Shown: positions 17,052 to 27,430 of the stretch, in pieces | Numbering within the stretch: position 1 is the stretch's first letter | Layout of the letters: every line of letters starts with the position of its first letter | Source: Desulfurella sp. | Lineage (GTDB): Bacteria > Campylobacterota_A > Desulfurellia > Desulfurellales > Desulfurellaceae | DNA: 28,398 nt | Reading direction: 5' to 3' | Assembly (NCBI GenBank): GCA_031960885.1 | Contig: JAVRLY010000011.1 | Coordinates: 1 to 28,398 of the forward strand | Program-made: the position numbers and the translations under genes | The notes under the pieces: generated by a model | Told to the model about the DNA's origin: nothing | What the model saw: the letters and a program-made list of their open reading frames with translations, nothing else | Database searches by the model: none

Positions 17052-17816
17052 ATGAAAAAAAACGTATTTTGGCAGGCGGTATGTGTTTTAATTGTTTTTG
17101 TTATTTCATCTTGCTCTACAAAGAATGAATTAGTAAAAACCGAACCAACAAAAAGTGCTTATGAATGGTATAATGAAGGTGTGCAGTATTATATTAATCA
17201 CAACTATAAAGAGGCCGAGCATAGTTTATCTATGGTTAACCAGCAACATCCAGGCAGTATTTATTCAAAGAAATCATACTTAGTATTAGGAAATGTTTAT
17301 TATGGTGAAGAAGATTATCTTTTGGCTATAGATGAGTATAAAAAATTTATTAAATTATACCCCAATACAAATGATGCTATGTTTGCTCAATACAAAATTG
17401 CTATGAGTTACTATAAAATGATGAATGGCTATAAACTCGATCAAACACCAACTAAAAATGCTATCGAAAATTTCCTTATACTTTTAGATGAGTATCCAAA
17501 TAATCCTTATAAAGATGAAGTTTATGATCATTTATCCGATTGTGCAAAACAGCTTTATATGCACCAATTATTTATTACTAAATTTTATTATGATTTAGGA
17601 AAGTATAGGTCTGCTCAAATTGAACTTGACTATATGGCAAAACACTTTTCCGATTTAAATTTCAACGATGAAATGCTATATTTATTAGCATCTACTTATT
17701 ATCATTTAGGTAAAAAACAAGAAGCAATGGATTTTTTTAATGAATTAAAAAAGAAATTTCCCAATAGCAAATACATTGCGCTGTTTAATAAAGAGTTAGA
17801 AAAAAAGAGTAAATAA
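17052..17816 (+). CDS. bamD: Outer membrane protein assembly lipoprotein BamD
   Basis: Lipoprotein signal ending VISS-C21, TPR repeats, HP.S.Y, FIKLYP....A.FAQY..A.SYY, DQTPT..A..F..L...YP...Y and ITKFYY..GKY.SA. Confidence 0.88.
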   Translation: MKKNVFWQAVCVLIVFVISSCSTKNELVKTEPTKSAYEWYNEGVQYYINHNYKEAEHSLSMVNQQHPGSIYSKKSYLVLGNVYYGEEDYLLAIDEYKKFIKLYPNTNDAMFAQYKIAMSYYKMMNGYKLDQTPTKNAIENFLILLDEYPNNPYKDEVYDHLSDCAKQLYMHQLFITKFYYDLGKYRSAQIELDYMAKHFSDLNFNDEMLYLLASTYYHLGKKQEAMDFFNELKKKFPNSKYIALFNKELEKKSK

Positions 17817-17817
17817 C

Positions 17818-18162
17818 ATGAATATGAAGAGTGTGGTTTTTTTTGCTCATTTTTTTGTTTTACAAAAAAATGCAAGCTCAGATTCAATTTTATCAGATAT
17901 TTATGTAGAAGACGGAAAAATACACATAGAGCTTGAGATACCGGATTTGCAGTTGGATAGCTTGTTAATTGAAAAAAACCACGCCTCTTTGATTATTTCT
18001 GGTTTTAAGAGAAAAAAAGAAAAGAACAATGTAGCATATATAAGAGCAGAGCGTATCTTCGGCTATTTTAAGAAATATATAGATTTGCCATTTCATATTG
18101 AAGAAATAAACAAAGTGAATTATAACGACGGAGTGTTAGAAATTATTTTGGAGAGGTTTTGA
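17818..18162 (+). CDS. Small heat shock protein (Hsp20/alpha-crystallin)
   Basis: DIY......IELEIP, L.ISG.KR, ER.FG.F...I.LP and Y.DGVLEI.L. Lies directly upstream of lon. Confidence 0.82.
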   Translation: MNMKSVVFFAHFFVLQKNASSDSILSDIYVEDGKIHIELEIPDLQLDSLLIEKNHASLIISGFKRKKEKNNVAYIRAERIFGYFKKYIDLPFHIEEINKVNYNDGVLEIILERF

Positions 18163-18165
18163 TTT

Positions 18166-20547
18166 ATGAATAATAATAATGAAAATTTAATTAATCAAGA
18201 TATAGAAATACCTAGTGTTTTACCGGTTGTGCCTCTTAGAGATATGGTAGTTTTTCCATACATGGTAACGCCACTTTTGGTAGGCAGAGAATTTTCTATT
18301 AAAGCAATTGATGAGGCTTTATCAAAAGATAGAATGATTTTTGCTGTAAGCCAGAAAAACTTTGAAGAAAATGAGCCAACCGTTGATCAGATAAATAATA
18401 TTGGCACAGTATGTTTAATTTTGAGAATGCTTAAGATGCCAGATGGCAGAGTAAAAATATTGGTTCAAGGTTTAAAGAAAGCTTCAATTGCCCACTATAC
18501 TAAAACAATTAAAGATAACGCTTTTTTTGAAGCTGAAGTTTCGCTATTGCAAGATCAATTGGCAACTAATGAAGAAGAAGAGATTGAAATAGAAGTTTTG
18601 GTAAGAACAATAAAAGACCAGCTTCAAAAGCTTGTTGCTTTAAATAAAAACATACCAAACGATATAGTTGTGATAGCAAATAACATAGAAAAAAGTGAAC
18701 AATTTGCTGATATAATAATCGCAAATTTACAATTAAAAATAAACCAGATGCAAGAATTAATAGAAATATTGCCCGTAAAAGAGCGTCTTAAAAGAATTGT
18801 TAGCATATTAAATAGAGAATTACAAGTTCTTGATATGCAAGCTAAAATTCAGAAAGAAGCCAGAGAAGAAATTTCAAAAGCGCAGAGGGAATACTTTTTG
18901 AAAGAACAGTTAAAAGCTGTAAAAAAAGAATTGGGAGAAAAAGAAGATTCCGATGAAATAGAAGAACTTAGACAAAAAATTGAAACAGCAGGTATGAGCG
19001 AACAAGCAAAAAAAGAATCTCTCAAACAGCTTGCTCGATTGGAAAAAATGTATTCTGATTCTGCAGAAGCAAACGTGATTCGCACATACCTTGATTGGAT
19101 GGTTAGTTTACCATGGAGTATTTCTTCAGAAGATAAATTAGATATAAAATTAGTTGAAAAAACTTTGAATGAAGATCACTATGATATAGAAGATGCAAAA
19201 AAGAGAATTTTAGAATATTTGGCAGTAAAAAAACTCAAAAATGATATGAAAGGTCCTATCTTATGTTTTATAGGACCTCCTGGAGTAGGCAAAACATCGC
19301 TTGCTAAATCCATTGCTCGTGCTATGGGAAGAAAACTATGGCGAATATCTTTAGGCGGTGTGAGGGATGAGGCAGAAATTAGAGGGCATAGAAGAACCTA
19401 TGTTGGCGCATTACCTGGAAGAATTATTCAAGGTTTAAAACAAGCAGGAACAAACAATCCCGTTTTTGTTTTAGATGAAATTGATAAGCTGGGTAGCGAT
19501 TTTAGAGGTGATCCAGCCAGTGCCATGCTTGAGGTTTTAGATCCAGAGCAAAATTATGAATTTGAAGACCATTATCTAGGTGTTGCTTTTGACTTATCCA
19601 AAGTTTTTTTTATTACGACAGCTAACTCAACAGATACAATACCAGGGCCATTATTAGATAGAATGGAAGTTGTTCGGCTTTCTGGGTATACTACAATAGA
19701 AAAGATGAAAATTGCAAAAAAGTATATAATACCTAAACAAATCGAAAATCACGGCCTAAGTGATTACAATGTAAAGTTCACAGATAAAGCTATACAAAGC
19801 ATTATAGAAAATTATGCCAAAGAAGCCGGCGTTAGAAATCTAGAAAAAAATATTACTTCTGTGCTAAGAAAGATTGCAAAAGAAATTGTTGAATCTCCAA
19901 AAAAAGATAAATTAGTACCATATGAGGTAAATATAGGTAATTTAGAAAAATATTTGGGTATACCAAGATTTTATAGCAATGAAAAATTAGACAAAGATTA
20001 TGTAGGTATTGCTACTGGTCTTGCTTGGACGCCCGTAGGTGGAGATATATTATTTATAGAAGCCTTAAAGGTAAAAGGAAGCGGCAAGCTTATTTTAACA
20101 GGTTCTTTAGGTGATGTATTTAAAGAATCGGCTCAAGCTGCTGTTTCTTTTGCAAGGGCTCAATATAAAGATTTAAACCTTGAAGAAGAGTTTTATGACA
20201 AGTACGATTTTCACATACATGTGCCAGAAGGTGCGACTCCAAAAGATGGACCAAGCGCAGGTATTACTATAGCATGTGCTATTATTTCTGCTTTGACAAA
20301 TAAACCAGTAAAATCTAATATTGCAATGACAGGTGAAATTACGCTTACTGGCAGAGTGTTGCCAATCGGTGGGCTTAAGGAAAAAACATTAGCAGCTTTG
20401 CGTGCTGGTATAAAAGAAATTATTGTACCATTTGATAATAAAAAAGATGTATCAGAAATACAATCGCAAATTAAACTAAAAGATGTGAAATTTTATTTTG
20501 TTAAAGATATGAGAGAAGTTTTAAAGTATGCGCTGAAAGAAGATTAA
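18166..20547 (+). CDS. lon: ATP-dependent protease La (LonA)
   Basis: LPVVPLRDMVVFP N-domain, Walker A GPPGVGKTS, RGHRRTYVGALPG, Walker B VLDEIDK, catalytic Ser in PKDGPSAG and Lys in IGGLKEK. Confidence 0.97.
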   Translation: MNNNNENLINQDIEIPSVLPVVPLRDMVVFPYMVTPLLVGREFSIKAIDEALSKDRMIFAVSQKNFEENEPTVDQINNIGTVCLILRMLKMPDGRVKILVQGLKKASIAHYTKTIKDNAFFEAEVSLLQDQLATNEEEEIEIEVLVRTIKDQLQKLVALNKNIPNDIVVIANNIEKSEQFADIIIANLQLKINQMQELIEILPVKERLKRIVSILNRELQVLDMQAKIQKEAREEISKAQREYFLKEQLKAVKKELGEKEDSDEIEELRQKIETAGMSEQAKKESLKQLARLEKMYSDSAEANVIRTYLDWMVSLPWSISSEDKLDIKLVEKTLNEDHYDIEDAKKRILEYLAVKKLKNDMKGPILCFIGPPGVGKTSLAKSIARAMGRKLWRISLGGVRDEAEIRGHRRTYVGALPGRIIQGLKQAGTNNPVFVLDEIDKLGSDFRGDPASAMLEVLDPEQNYEFEDHYLGVAFDLSKVFFITTANSTDTIPGPLLDRMEVVRLSGYTTIEKMKIAKKYIIPKQIENHGLSDYNVKFTDKAIQSIIENYAKEAGVRNLEKNITSVLRKIAKEIVESPKKDKLVPYEVNIGNLEKYLGIPRFYSNEKLDKDYVGIATGLAWTPVGGDILFIEALKVKGSGKLILTGSLGDVFKESAQAAVSFARAQYKDLNLEEEFYDKYDFHIHVPEGATPKDGPSAGITIACAIISALTNKPVKSNIAMTGEITLTGRVLPIGGLKEKTLAALRAGIKEIIVPFDNKKDVSEIQSQIKLKDVKFYFVKDMREVLKYALKED

Positions 20548-20555
20548 TTTTTTCG

Positions 20556-21746
20556 ATGAAAAAATTCAATTTTGAAAATTTCTTAGCCATAAAATATATA
20601 AGTTCGAAGAAAGAGGAAAAGCTTATATCTCTTTCTTCTTTACTATCAATTATAAGCATTGCAATAGGTGTTGGCGCTCTTATTTTAGTTTTGGGTATTA
20701 TGAATGGTTTTGATAAAATGCTAGAATCAAAAATTATAGGGGCAAACCCTCATATAATTGTAAAGAATTTTAATGGTATGTTTGATTTAAATCAAAACCT
20801 TATTAAAACAATAAAAAGTGATAAACTCGTTTCAAATATATATCCATCTCTTGTTGAGCAGTGCATCATAAGTGCAAATGGTCAATCAAGTGGTTCCATA
20901 TTAAATGGCATAGATTTTGGCGAAAAACCATATATCCAAAAATATATTAAAGGTAGTACAAAAGGCATAGTGTTAGGCAAAGAATTAATGAAAGCTATTG
21001 GAGTGAGCGTTGGTGAGAATGTTAGAGTGACACTAGCTTATTCTAATCCTACAGCTATGGGATTTTCGCCTGTATCGTTTGAAGTTCCTGTAACAGGTGT
21101 TTTTGATTCCGGTATGTATGAGTATGATCTTGCTTTTTCGTATATACCAATAAATACACTATGGCATTATATGAATACTTTTGATCAAATAAATACGATT
21201 GCTATTAATTTGTACAATCCATATAACATCAATAAAGTCAGTATTTTTTTGGAGCATACTTTGCCAAGCGGTTATTACTTTATAACATGGGCTCAAATGA
21301 ATAAAAACTTTTTTACTGCTTTAAAATTAGAAAAATTGGCAATGGCAATTATTTTGTTTTTAATAATAGTAGTGGCATCTTTTGATATAATGAACTCACT
21401 TACTATGCTTGTAATGGAAAAAGTTAAAGATATTGCTATACTTGTTACGATTGGTGCAACATCAAAAAATATTAGGAATATATTTATAAAGCAAGGGTTA
21501 ATTTTAGGTATTGTAGGTACAATTATTGGAGATTTTTTGGGTTTATCGTTGGGTTACATATTAAAACATTATGATATTGTCAGTCTACCTAAACAAGTTT
21601 ACTACATTACAAAAATACCAGTAGACATTACCTTAACTTACGTTATTGTTATTTCTATAGTATCTATTGGTTTATGTACGCTTGCAAGTTTATACCCTGC
21701 TTCTAAAGCGTCAAAGATGAATATAATAGAGGTTTTAAGACAGTGA
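20556..21746 (+). CDS. Lipoprotein-releasing ABC transporter permease (single LolC/E, LolF-like)
   Basis: IAIGVGALILVLGIMNGF, periplasmic domain with VTGVFDSGMYEYD, W.QMN.NFF.ALKLEK, VMEK.KDIAIL..IGA and ASLYPA.KA. Adjacent to lolD and bamA. Confidence 0.9.
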   Translation: MKKFNFENFLAIKYISSKKEEKLISLSSLLSIISIAIGVGALILVLGIMNGFDKMLESKIIGANPHIIVKNFNGMFDLNQNLIKTIKSDKLVSNIYPSLVEQCIISANGQSSGSILNGIDFGEKPYIQKYIKGSTKGIVLGKELMKAIGVSVGENVRVTLAYSNPTAMGFSPVSFEVPVTGVFDSGMYEYDLAFSYIPINTLWHYMNTFDQINTIAINLYNPYNINKVSIFLEHTLPSGYYFITWAQMNKNFFTALKLEKLAMAIILFLIIVVASFDIMNSLTMLVMEKVKDIAILVTIGATSKNIRNIFIKQGLILGIVGTIIGDFLGLSLGYILKHYDIVSLPKQVYYITKIPVDITLTYVIVISIVSIGLCTLASLYPASKASKMNIIEVLRQ

Positions 21747-22417
21747 TTTTGATAGCCTCTGATATCAAAAAAACTTTTAAAAGCGGTAAAAACCAAACAT
21801 TGGTGTTAAATAACGTAAATCTTCGTGTGAGAGAAGGCGAAATGACAGCCATTATGGGCGTGTCGGGCTCTGGTAAGTCTACGCTTTTGCATATATTGGG
21901 TTTATTAGATGAACTTGACGCTGGAGAAGTATACTTGTTTGGTGAAAAGATAAATTATGCTGACAAGAAAAAATTGGCTTTTTTAAGAAATTCTCATATT
22001 GGTTTTGTTTTTCAATTTTATTCTCTTATCAATGAGCTTTCAGTATTAGAAAATGTTTTGCTTCCTTCAATGGTTAATGGTATAATACGCATAGATTATG
22101 CAAAAGAGCTCTTATTAAGAGTTGGCATTAAGGAAGAGCTTTTTAACAAACGGAGTTATAATTTGTCTGGCGGAGAAAAACAAAGGGTCGCAATAGCGCG
22201 TGCTTTGGTAAATAAACCACAATTAATAATAGCTGACGAACCTACATCTAATGTTGACGAAAATAACGCAAAACTTTTAATGGCTTTATTGAGTGATTTG
22301 CAAAAATCGTTTTCTACAACAGTAATTATTTCTACACATAGCAAAAAAATAGCTTCTTTTTGCGATAGTGTGCATTTTTTATCAGAAGGAGTTTTAACTA
22401 ATGAAGACAGTAATTAG
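21743..22417 (+). CDS. lolD: Lipoprotein-releasing ABC transporter ATP-binding protein
   Basis: Walker A GVSGSGKST, LRN..IGFVFQF, signature LSGGEKQRVAIARAL, IADEPT and H-loop STH. GTGA overlap with the permease. Confidence 0.88.
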   Translation: MILIASDIKKTFKSGKNQTLVLNNVNLRVREGEMTAIMGVSGSGKSTLLHILGLLDELDAGEVYLFGEKINYADKKKLAFLRNSHIGFVFQFYSLINELSVLENVLLPSMVNGIIRIDYAKELLLRVGIKEELFNKRSYNLSGGEKQRVAIARALVNKPQLIIADEPTSNVDENNAKLLMALLSDLQKSFSTTVIISTHSKKIASFCDSVHFLSEGVLTNEDSN

Positions 22418-24647
22418 CTTTTTATTGTTTTTTCTGCTTTTAACTAGTTTTGCATATGCTCAAAATATTGTTGAAATTAATGTAGAAGGCAACGTTAGGG
22501 TAGACAAACCTACTATATTAAGCGTTGTAAAAGAAAAAACAAATTCACCCCTTAACATAAAAGATGTGAATGAAGATATAAAAAATATTTATAATTTAGG
22601 TTTTTTTGAAACAGTATCAGCCAAAATAACTAATGTTTCAGGCGGAGTTATTTTGACATTTGTTGTGAAAGAAAAACCAGCAATTCGATTTATAAAATTC
22701 GAAGGCAATAAAATGTTTAAAGATGAAGCACTGTATAAGGTATGCAAAGTGAAAGAGTACCAAATTTTAAGCACAAAAAAACTTCAAGAAAGCGTAGCTG
22801 CAATTGTGGGATTTTATGCATCAAAAGGGGTTTATCTTACAAACGTTTCTTATAAATTAGAGCCAGTTAGTGAAAATCGCGTTGATGTGGTATTTAATAT
22901 AAGAGAAGGCAAAAAAACCTTTATCCATAAGATAAATATTATTGGCAATAAGCATATTAAAACTGATGATATATTGGATGTTATGAAAAATCACAAAAAA
23001 TATGGTCCGTATATACTTACTTTTTTACCTTGGTTTTATACTGGTAGATTAAATCCTCAAGATCTTGATTCAGATATACAATCAATTAGGGATTTATACC
23101 TTTCAAAGGGGTATGCAGATGTTAAAGTAAATGGGCCGACTGTAAGTATAGAACCTGATACTGGTTATATCGATATAGATATATCTATCGATGAAGGAGC
23201 AAAATATACATTAAAGAGTTTAAAATATGAACATATTGAGCCTTATACACTAAAGGAACTTGAAAAGATAGTTAAACTTAAAGTTGGAAAAACGTTTAAT
23301 GGTGTGCAACTGCGAAAAGATATAGAAAATCTCACAACAGCATATGCAGACAAAGGTTATGCTTTTTGTGACATTAACCCAATAGTGACGTTGGATAGGC
23401 AAAACCATACAGTAGATGTTACATTTGACGTTAACAAAGGTGATAAAGTTTATATTCATAGAATAGAGATTACTGGCAACGACAAAACATGGGATAATGT
23501 AATAAGAAGAGAAATACGTCTTGATCAGGGCAGTTTATATTCCGAGTCTAAAATAAAAGAATCTAGAGAAAAAATTTACAATACAGATTATTTTGACGAT
23601 GTAAAGATTAGTACAGAAAGAGTGCCGGGCAAGAACGAAGTCGATATGAAAGTAAATGTCAAAGAAAAGATGACTGGTATGTTATCGCTTGGATTGGGAT
23701 ATAGCTCTTACTACAAAGTAGGCGTGATGGGCTCTGTAACACAAAGAAACCTATTTGGTTCAGGAATTTATGCTAAACTTTATGCAAATATGTCAGCAAA
23801 TAGTCATTTCTTTGATTTGAATTTAGTCAACCCATGGGTTAATAATAAGCCTATATCACTGGGCATGGATTTGTACAATATGATGTATTACGGGTACGAT
23901 TATGATCAAAGGACATATGGTGTAAAATTTACAGCTGCTAAAAGATTTTACGATGATCAGTTAAGTGTTGGCGCATCGTATTCTTTATCTGAAAATAAAA
24001 TTGATATAACAACATCTACACCAAGCTATTACTTACAGCAAGAGCAAGGCACCAATATAGAAAGTACCGTTACACCGTTTATAAAGTGGAGTTCAATTAA
24101 TAATACAATTTTCCCAACTAAAGGAACAATTGCTTCATCCAGTTTAGGTATAACGGGCTTTGGTGGAAATACAAGGTACATTAAATGGGATAATACTGTT
24201 GAGTATTTTCACCCAATATTTTGGGGAATGATAGGTCATTTGAAAGGTAGCATTGGCTTTGAAAAAGGTATAGGCGCCAAGGGTGTACCACTTCAAGATA
24301 GGTATTTTTTGGGTGGCATAGATAGTTTGCGAGGCTTTGATTATGGAACAGTTAGTCCAACTGATGAATATGGGAACTATATTGGCGGTACAAGAGATGC
24401 ATATGGTCAAGCTGAAGCAATCTTCCCATTAGTTGAGGCATTAAAATTATACGGTGAAACTTTTTTTGATATAGGTAATTCATGGCTATACTCGTACGAT
24501 TTTGGCAATCTTAAAAAAGATGTTGGTGTTGGAATAAAATGGATATCGCCACTTGGACCTATTAGGGTTGAGATTGGGAAAAATCTAGCGCCTAAAAATG
24601 GTGAAAAATCATATGTGTTCCAGTTTTCTATGGGAGCTTTATTTTAA
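22401..24647 (+). CDS. bamA: Outer membrane protein assembly factor BamA
   Basis: Signal peptide ending AYA, POTRA repeats (I.VEGN.R, V.EKP.I..I.FEGN, I.I.GN.KT.D.VIRRE), barrel with loop-6 LRGF, W.SPLGP and C-terminal FQFSMGALF. Confidence 0.96.
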   Translation: MKTVISFLLFFLLLTSFAYAQNIVEINVEGNVRVDKPTILSVVKEKTNSPLNIKDVNEDIKNIYNLGFFETVSAKITNVSGGVILTFVVKEKPAIRFIKFEGNKMFKDEALYKVCKVKEYQILSTKKLQESVAAIVGFYASKGVYLTNVSYKLEPVSENRVDVVFNIREGKKTFIHKINIIGNKHIKTDDILDVMKNHKKYGPYILTFLPWFYTGRLNPQDLDSDIQSIRDLYLSKGYADVKVNGPTVSIEPDTGYIDIDISIDEGAKYTLKSLKYEHIEPYTLKELEKIVKLKVGKTFNGVQLRKDIENLTTAYADKGYAFCDINPIVTLDRQNHTVDVTFDVNKGDKVYIHRIEITGNDKTWDNVIRREIRLDQGSLYSESKIKESREKIYNTDYFDDVKISTERVPGKNEVDMKVNVKEKMTGMLSLGLGYSSYYKVGVMGSVTQRNLFGSGIYAKLYANMSANSHFFDLNLVNPWVNNKPISLGMDLYNMMYYGYDYDQRTYGVKFTAAKRFYDDQLSVGASYSLSENKIDITTSTPSYYLQQEQGTNIESTVTPFIKWSSINNTIFPTKGTIASSSLGITGFGGNTRYIKWDNTVEYFHPIFWGMIGHLKGSIGFEKGIGAKGVPLQDRYFLGGIDSLRGFDYGTVSPTDEYGNYIGGTRDAYGQAEAIFPLVEALKLYGETFFDIGNSWLYSYDFGNLKKDVGVGIKWISPLGPIRVEIGKNLAPKNGEKSYVFQFSMGALF

Positions 24648-24674
24648 GTTAATATAAGGAGGGAATGTGGGTTT

Positions 24675-25193
24675 ATGAGAAAAATTTTTTTGGGTTTTGT
24701 TGTTATTATAGCTTTATTTGCATTTAATAGTAGGGCTTTGGCGCTCAAAGTAGCTGTTGTTGATTTAAATAAAGCACTTCAGGACTGTCAAGCTGGTATT
24801 GATGCAAAGTCTATGCTACAAAAGATTATTGAGGCGAAAAAGACTGTTATTGACAACAAACAGCAAGAACTTAATACTTTAGCTCAGAAAATTCAAAACC
24901 AATCAACACCGAAGAAAGACAAACAGCAATTAGAAATTGAGTATCAATCGAAATTGAGAGATTTAGACCGATATAAAGCTGATGCTACAGATGATGTAGT
25001 ATCTAAAGAAAGAGAATATACGCAAAATATTATAAATGGTTTAGTTGAGACGGTAAAAAATATTAGTCAAAAAGAAGGCATTGATTTGGTTTTTGAAGTA
25101 CATCAGGGTTTAGTGTATTGGAACGATGCTTTAGATATTACATCTCAAGTTATTAAAGAATACAATAAAATATATGAGCAAAGCAAAAAATGA
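24675..25193 (+). CDS. skp: Periplasmic chaperone Skp/OmpH
   Basis: Signal peptide ending ALA, KVAVVD, long coiled-coil arms, G.DLV and DIT..VI. Standard position between bamA and lpxD. Confidence 0.9.
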   Translation: MRKIFLGFVVIIALFAFNSRALALKVAVVDLNKALQDCQAGIDAKSMLQKIIEAKKTVIDNKQQELNTLAQKIQNQSTPKKDKQQLEIEYQSKLRDLDRYKADATDDVVSKEREYTQNIINGLVETVKNISQKEGIDLVFEVHQGLVYWNDALDITSQVIKEYNKIYEQSKK

Positions 25194-26224
25194 TTAACGC
25201 TAAACAATTATCTGAGATTATTAATGGTATATACATCGGCAAAGATGATATAAACATAGATGGTGTTGCAAGCCTAGAGCGCGCTGATAATCATAAAGTT
25301 AGTTTTTTATCTAATAAAAAGTATACGAAATATATTTCAAGCACTGATGCATGCTGTATTATAGTTGATCAAACATTTGATGTTGATTCTTATAAAGGTA
25401 AAAATTTTATCATTTGCAAAAATGCTTATTTGGGTTTTGCGCTTGCCTTGACATATTTTTATAAGAAACAATTTAAAGAAAGTTTTAAAAGTCAAAAAGC
25501 CACTATAGACAATTTAGCTAAAATTAGCACCAAGGCTTACATTGACGATTTTTCATATATTGCTGCAAATGTGAAGATAGGTGATAGCTATATAATGCCG
25601 ATGGTTTATATTGGTGAAAACTCAATTATTGGCAATAATTGTATAATTTACCCGAATGTTACAATACGTGAAAATGTTCAAATTGGCAATAATGTGATTA
25701 TTCATTCAGGCAGTGTAATAGGTAGTGATGGTTTTGGGTATGTAAATGATAATGGTAAACATTATAAGATACCGCAGATTGGTAAAATTATTATAGAAGA
25801 TGATGTTGAGATAGGCTCGAATGTATCGATAGATAGAGCAACGCTTGATGAAACTATTATAAAGAAAGGAACAAAAATAGACAATTTAGTTCAGATTGCT
25901 CATAATGTTGAAATAGGTGAAAATTCTATTTTGGTATCTCAGTGTGGAATTTCTGGCTCAACGAAAATTGGCAATAATGTTATACTAGCAGGACAAGTTG
26001 GCATAGCAGGTCACTTAAATATAGCTGATAGTGTTGTTGTTACGGCTAAATCTGGTGTTGGAACAAGTATTAGAAAAAGTGGCATTTACAGCGGTATACC
26101 TGTGTATGACCATGCAAAATGGTTAAAGTCAAGTGCAATAATACCTAGACTGCCAGAGCTTTATAAGAAAATTCAAGAATTAGAAAATAGGTTAAAGGAG
26201 CTTGAAAAACATGATAGATATTGA
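25190..26224 (+). CDS. lpxD: UDP-3-O-acylglucosamine N-acyltransferase
   Basis: SFLSNKKY, hexapeptide repeats, IGSDGFGY, KIPQ.G, EDDVEIG.N..IDR, TKIDNLVQIAHNV and GQVGIAGH. Confidence 0.96.
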   Translation: MINAKQLSEIINGIYIGKDDINIDGVASLERADNHKVSFLSNKKYTKYISSTDACCIIVDQTFDVDSYKGKNFIICKNAYLGFALALTYFYKKQFKESFKSQKATIDNLAKISTKAYIDDFSYIAANVKIGDSYIMPMVYIGENSIIGNNCIIYPNVTIRENVQIGNNVIIHSGSVIGSDGFGYVNDNGKHYKIPQIGKIIIEDDVEIGSNVSIDRATLDETIIKKGTKIDNLVQIAHNVEIGENSILVSQCGISGSTKIGNNVILAGQVGIAGHLNIADSVVVTAKSGVGTSIRKSGIYSGIPVYDHAKWLKSSAIIPRLPELYKKIQELENRLKELEKHDRY

Positions 26225-26642
26225 AAAAATAAAAGAAATCTTACCGCATAGGTATCCATTCTTATTTGTTGATAGAGTTATAAATTATGAAAAGTTTAAA
26301 TTTATAGAAGCTATTAAAAACGTCACATATAACGAAGCCTTTTTTCAAGGACATTTTCCCAAAAAACATATTATGCCTGGCGTTGTTATTGTTGAAGCTA
26401 TGGCGCAAGCTGGTGGTATACTTGCATTTTTGTCTTTAGGGGAAGAAGATAATGCAAATAGAATGGTTTATTTTATGAATATAGAAAATGCTAGATTTAG
26501 AAAAGCGGTTGTGCCCGGAGATACTTTGAAAATGAGAGTTGAAATTATAAAGCATAAAATGAAAGTCTGGAAGATGTCAGGTAAATGTTTTGTAGATGAG
26601 ATATTAGTGGCTGAGGCTGTAATGAGTGCAAAATTGGATTAA
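26211..26642 (+). CDS. fabZ: 3-hydroxyacyl-ACP dehydratase
   Basis: LPHRYPFLFVDR, KNVT.NE.FF.GHFP, MPGV.I.EAMAQ and FRK.V.PGD. SD AAGGAG (26195-26200) is too close to the track's TTG 26202 and fits ATG 26211. Confidence 0.96.
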   Translation: MIDIEKIKEILPHRYPFLFVDRVINYEKFKFIEAIKNVTYNEAFFQGHFPKKHIMPGVVIVEAMAQAGGILAFLSLGEEDNANRMVYFMNIENARFRKAVVPGDTLKMRVEIIKHKMKVWKMSGKCFVDEILVAEAVMSAKLD

Positions 26643-26653
26643 GGAGTTAAATT

Positions 26654-27430
26654 ATGGTAAATATACACAAAACTGCTATTGTTGAAGATAACGTTGAGTT
26701 GGGCGACAATGTAACAGTCGGGCCTTACTCTATTATAAAATCCAATGTAAAAATTGGCGATAACTGTGAGATTCAAAGTCATGTGGTGATTGACGAATTT
26801 ACAACTATTGGGAAAAATTGTAAAATATTTCATTCTGCTGTGCTTGGAACAATTCCACAAGATTTAAAATTTTCAGGCGAATTTAGTGAGCTTATTATAG
26901 GTGATAATAATATTATAAGAGAATTTGTTATGATTAATCGCGGCACTAAAGGGGGTATTGGCAAGACCATTATAAACAATAACAACTTAATTATGGCTTA
27001 CGTACATATAGCTCATGATTGTATCATTGGAAATAATTGTATTATTGCAAATATGGTCCAATTTGCAGGTCATGTGGTTGTTGAAGATGGTGCAGTAATT
27101 GGCGGGATGAGCGCCATACATCAATTTGTAAAAATAGGTGCTCTGTCAATGATAGGCGGAATGAGTGGTGTATCACTTGATGTTGCACCTTATACACTTG
27201 CTGTTGGTAATAGGGCAAAGCTAAATGGGCTGAACCTTGTAGGTTTAAAAAGAAATGGCTTTAGTTTGTCTGAAATAGAAAAACTCAAAGAAGCGTATAG
27301 GATTATTTTTAGATCGAACCTAAAATTTGATGAAGCTTATGAAAAACTTAAAGATAATACTTCTAAACATGTTATTGACATGATAGAGTTTTTAAGAAAA
27401 TCAGAACGTGGTTTTTGTAGAGAAAGATGA
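26654..27430 (+). CDS. lpxA: Acyl-ACP--UDP-N-acetylglucosamine O-acyltransferase
   Basis: IH.TAIV, PQDLKF.GE, IREFV.INRGT, HIAHDC, IHQF, DV.PY and LN.VGLKR. Confidence 0.97.
   Translation: MVNIHKTAIVEDNVELGDNVTVGPYSIIKSNVKIGDNCEIQSHVVIDEFTTIGKNCKIFHSAVLGTIPQDLKFSGEFSELIIGDNNIIREFVMINRGTKGGIGKTIINNNNLIMAYVHIAHDCIIGNNCIIANMVQFAGHVVVEDGAVIGGMSAIHQFVKIGALSMIGGMSGVSLDVAPYTLAVGNRAKLNGLNLVGLKRNGFSLSEIEKLKEAYRIIFRSNLKFDEAYEKLKDNTSKHVIDMIEFLRKSERGFCRER

Noticed and set aside
153..26860. The many 60-95 aa minus-strand ORFs in the track (e.g. 153-377, 1147-1407, 2966-3166, 9314-9815, 12214-13696, 16532-16819, 18624-19085, 22156-24410, 26639-26860)
   Set aside because: They lie wholly or mostly antisense to well-conserved genes and show no recognisable motifs; they look like shadow ORFs.
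25560..27150. Repetitive ATTGGCAATAAT-like sequence in lpxD and lpxA
   Set aside because: It encodes the hexapeptide left-handed beta-helix repeats of these acyltransferases; it is not a DNA repeat or CRISPR array.
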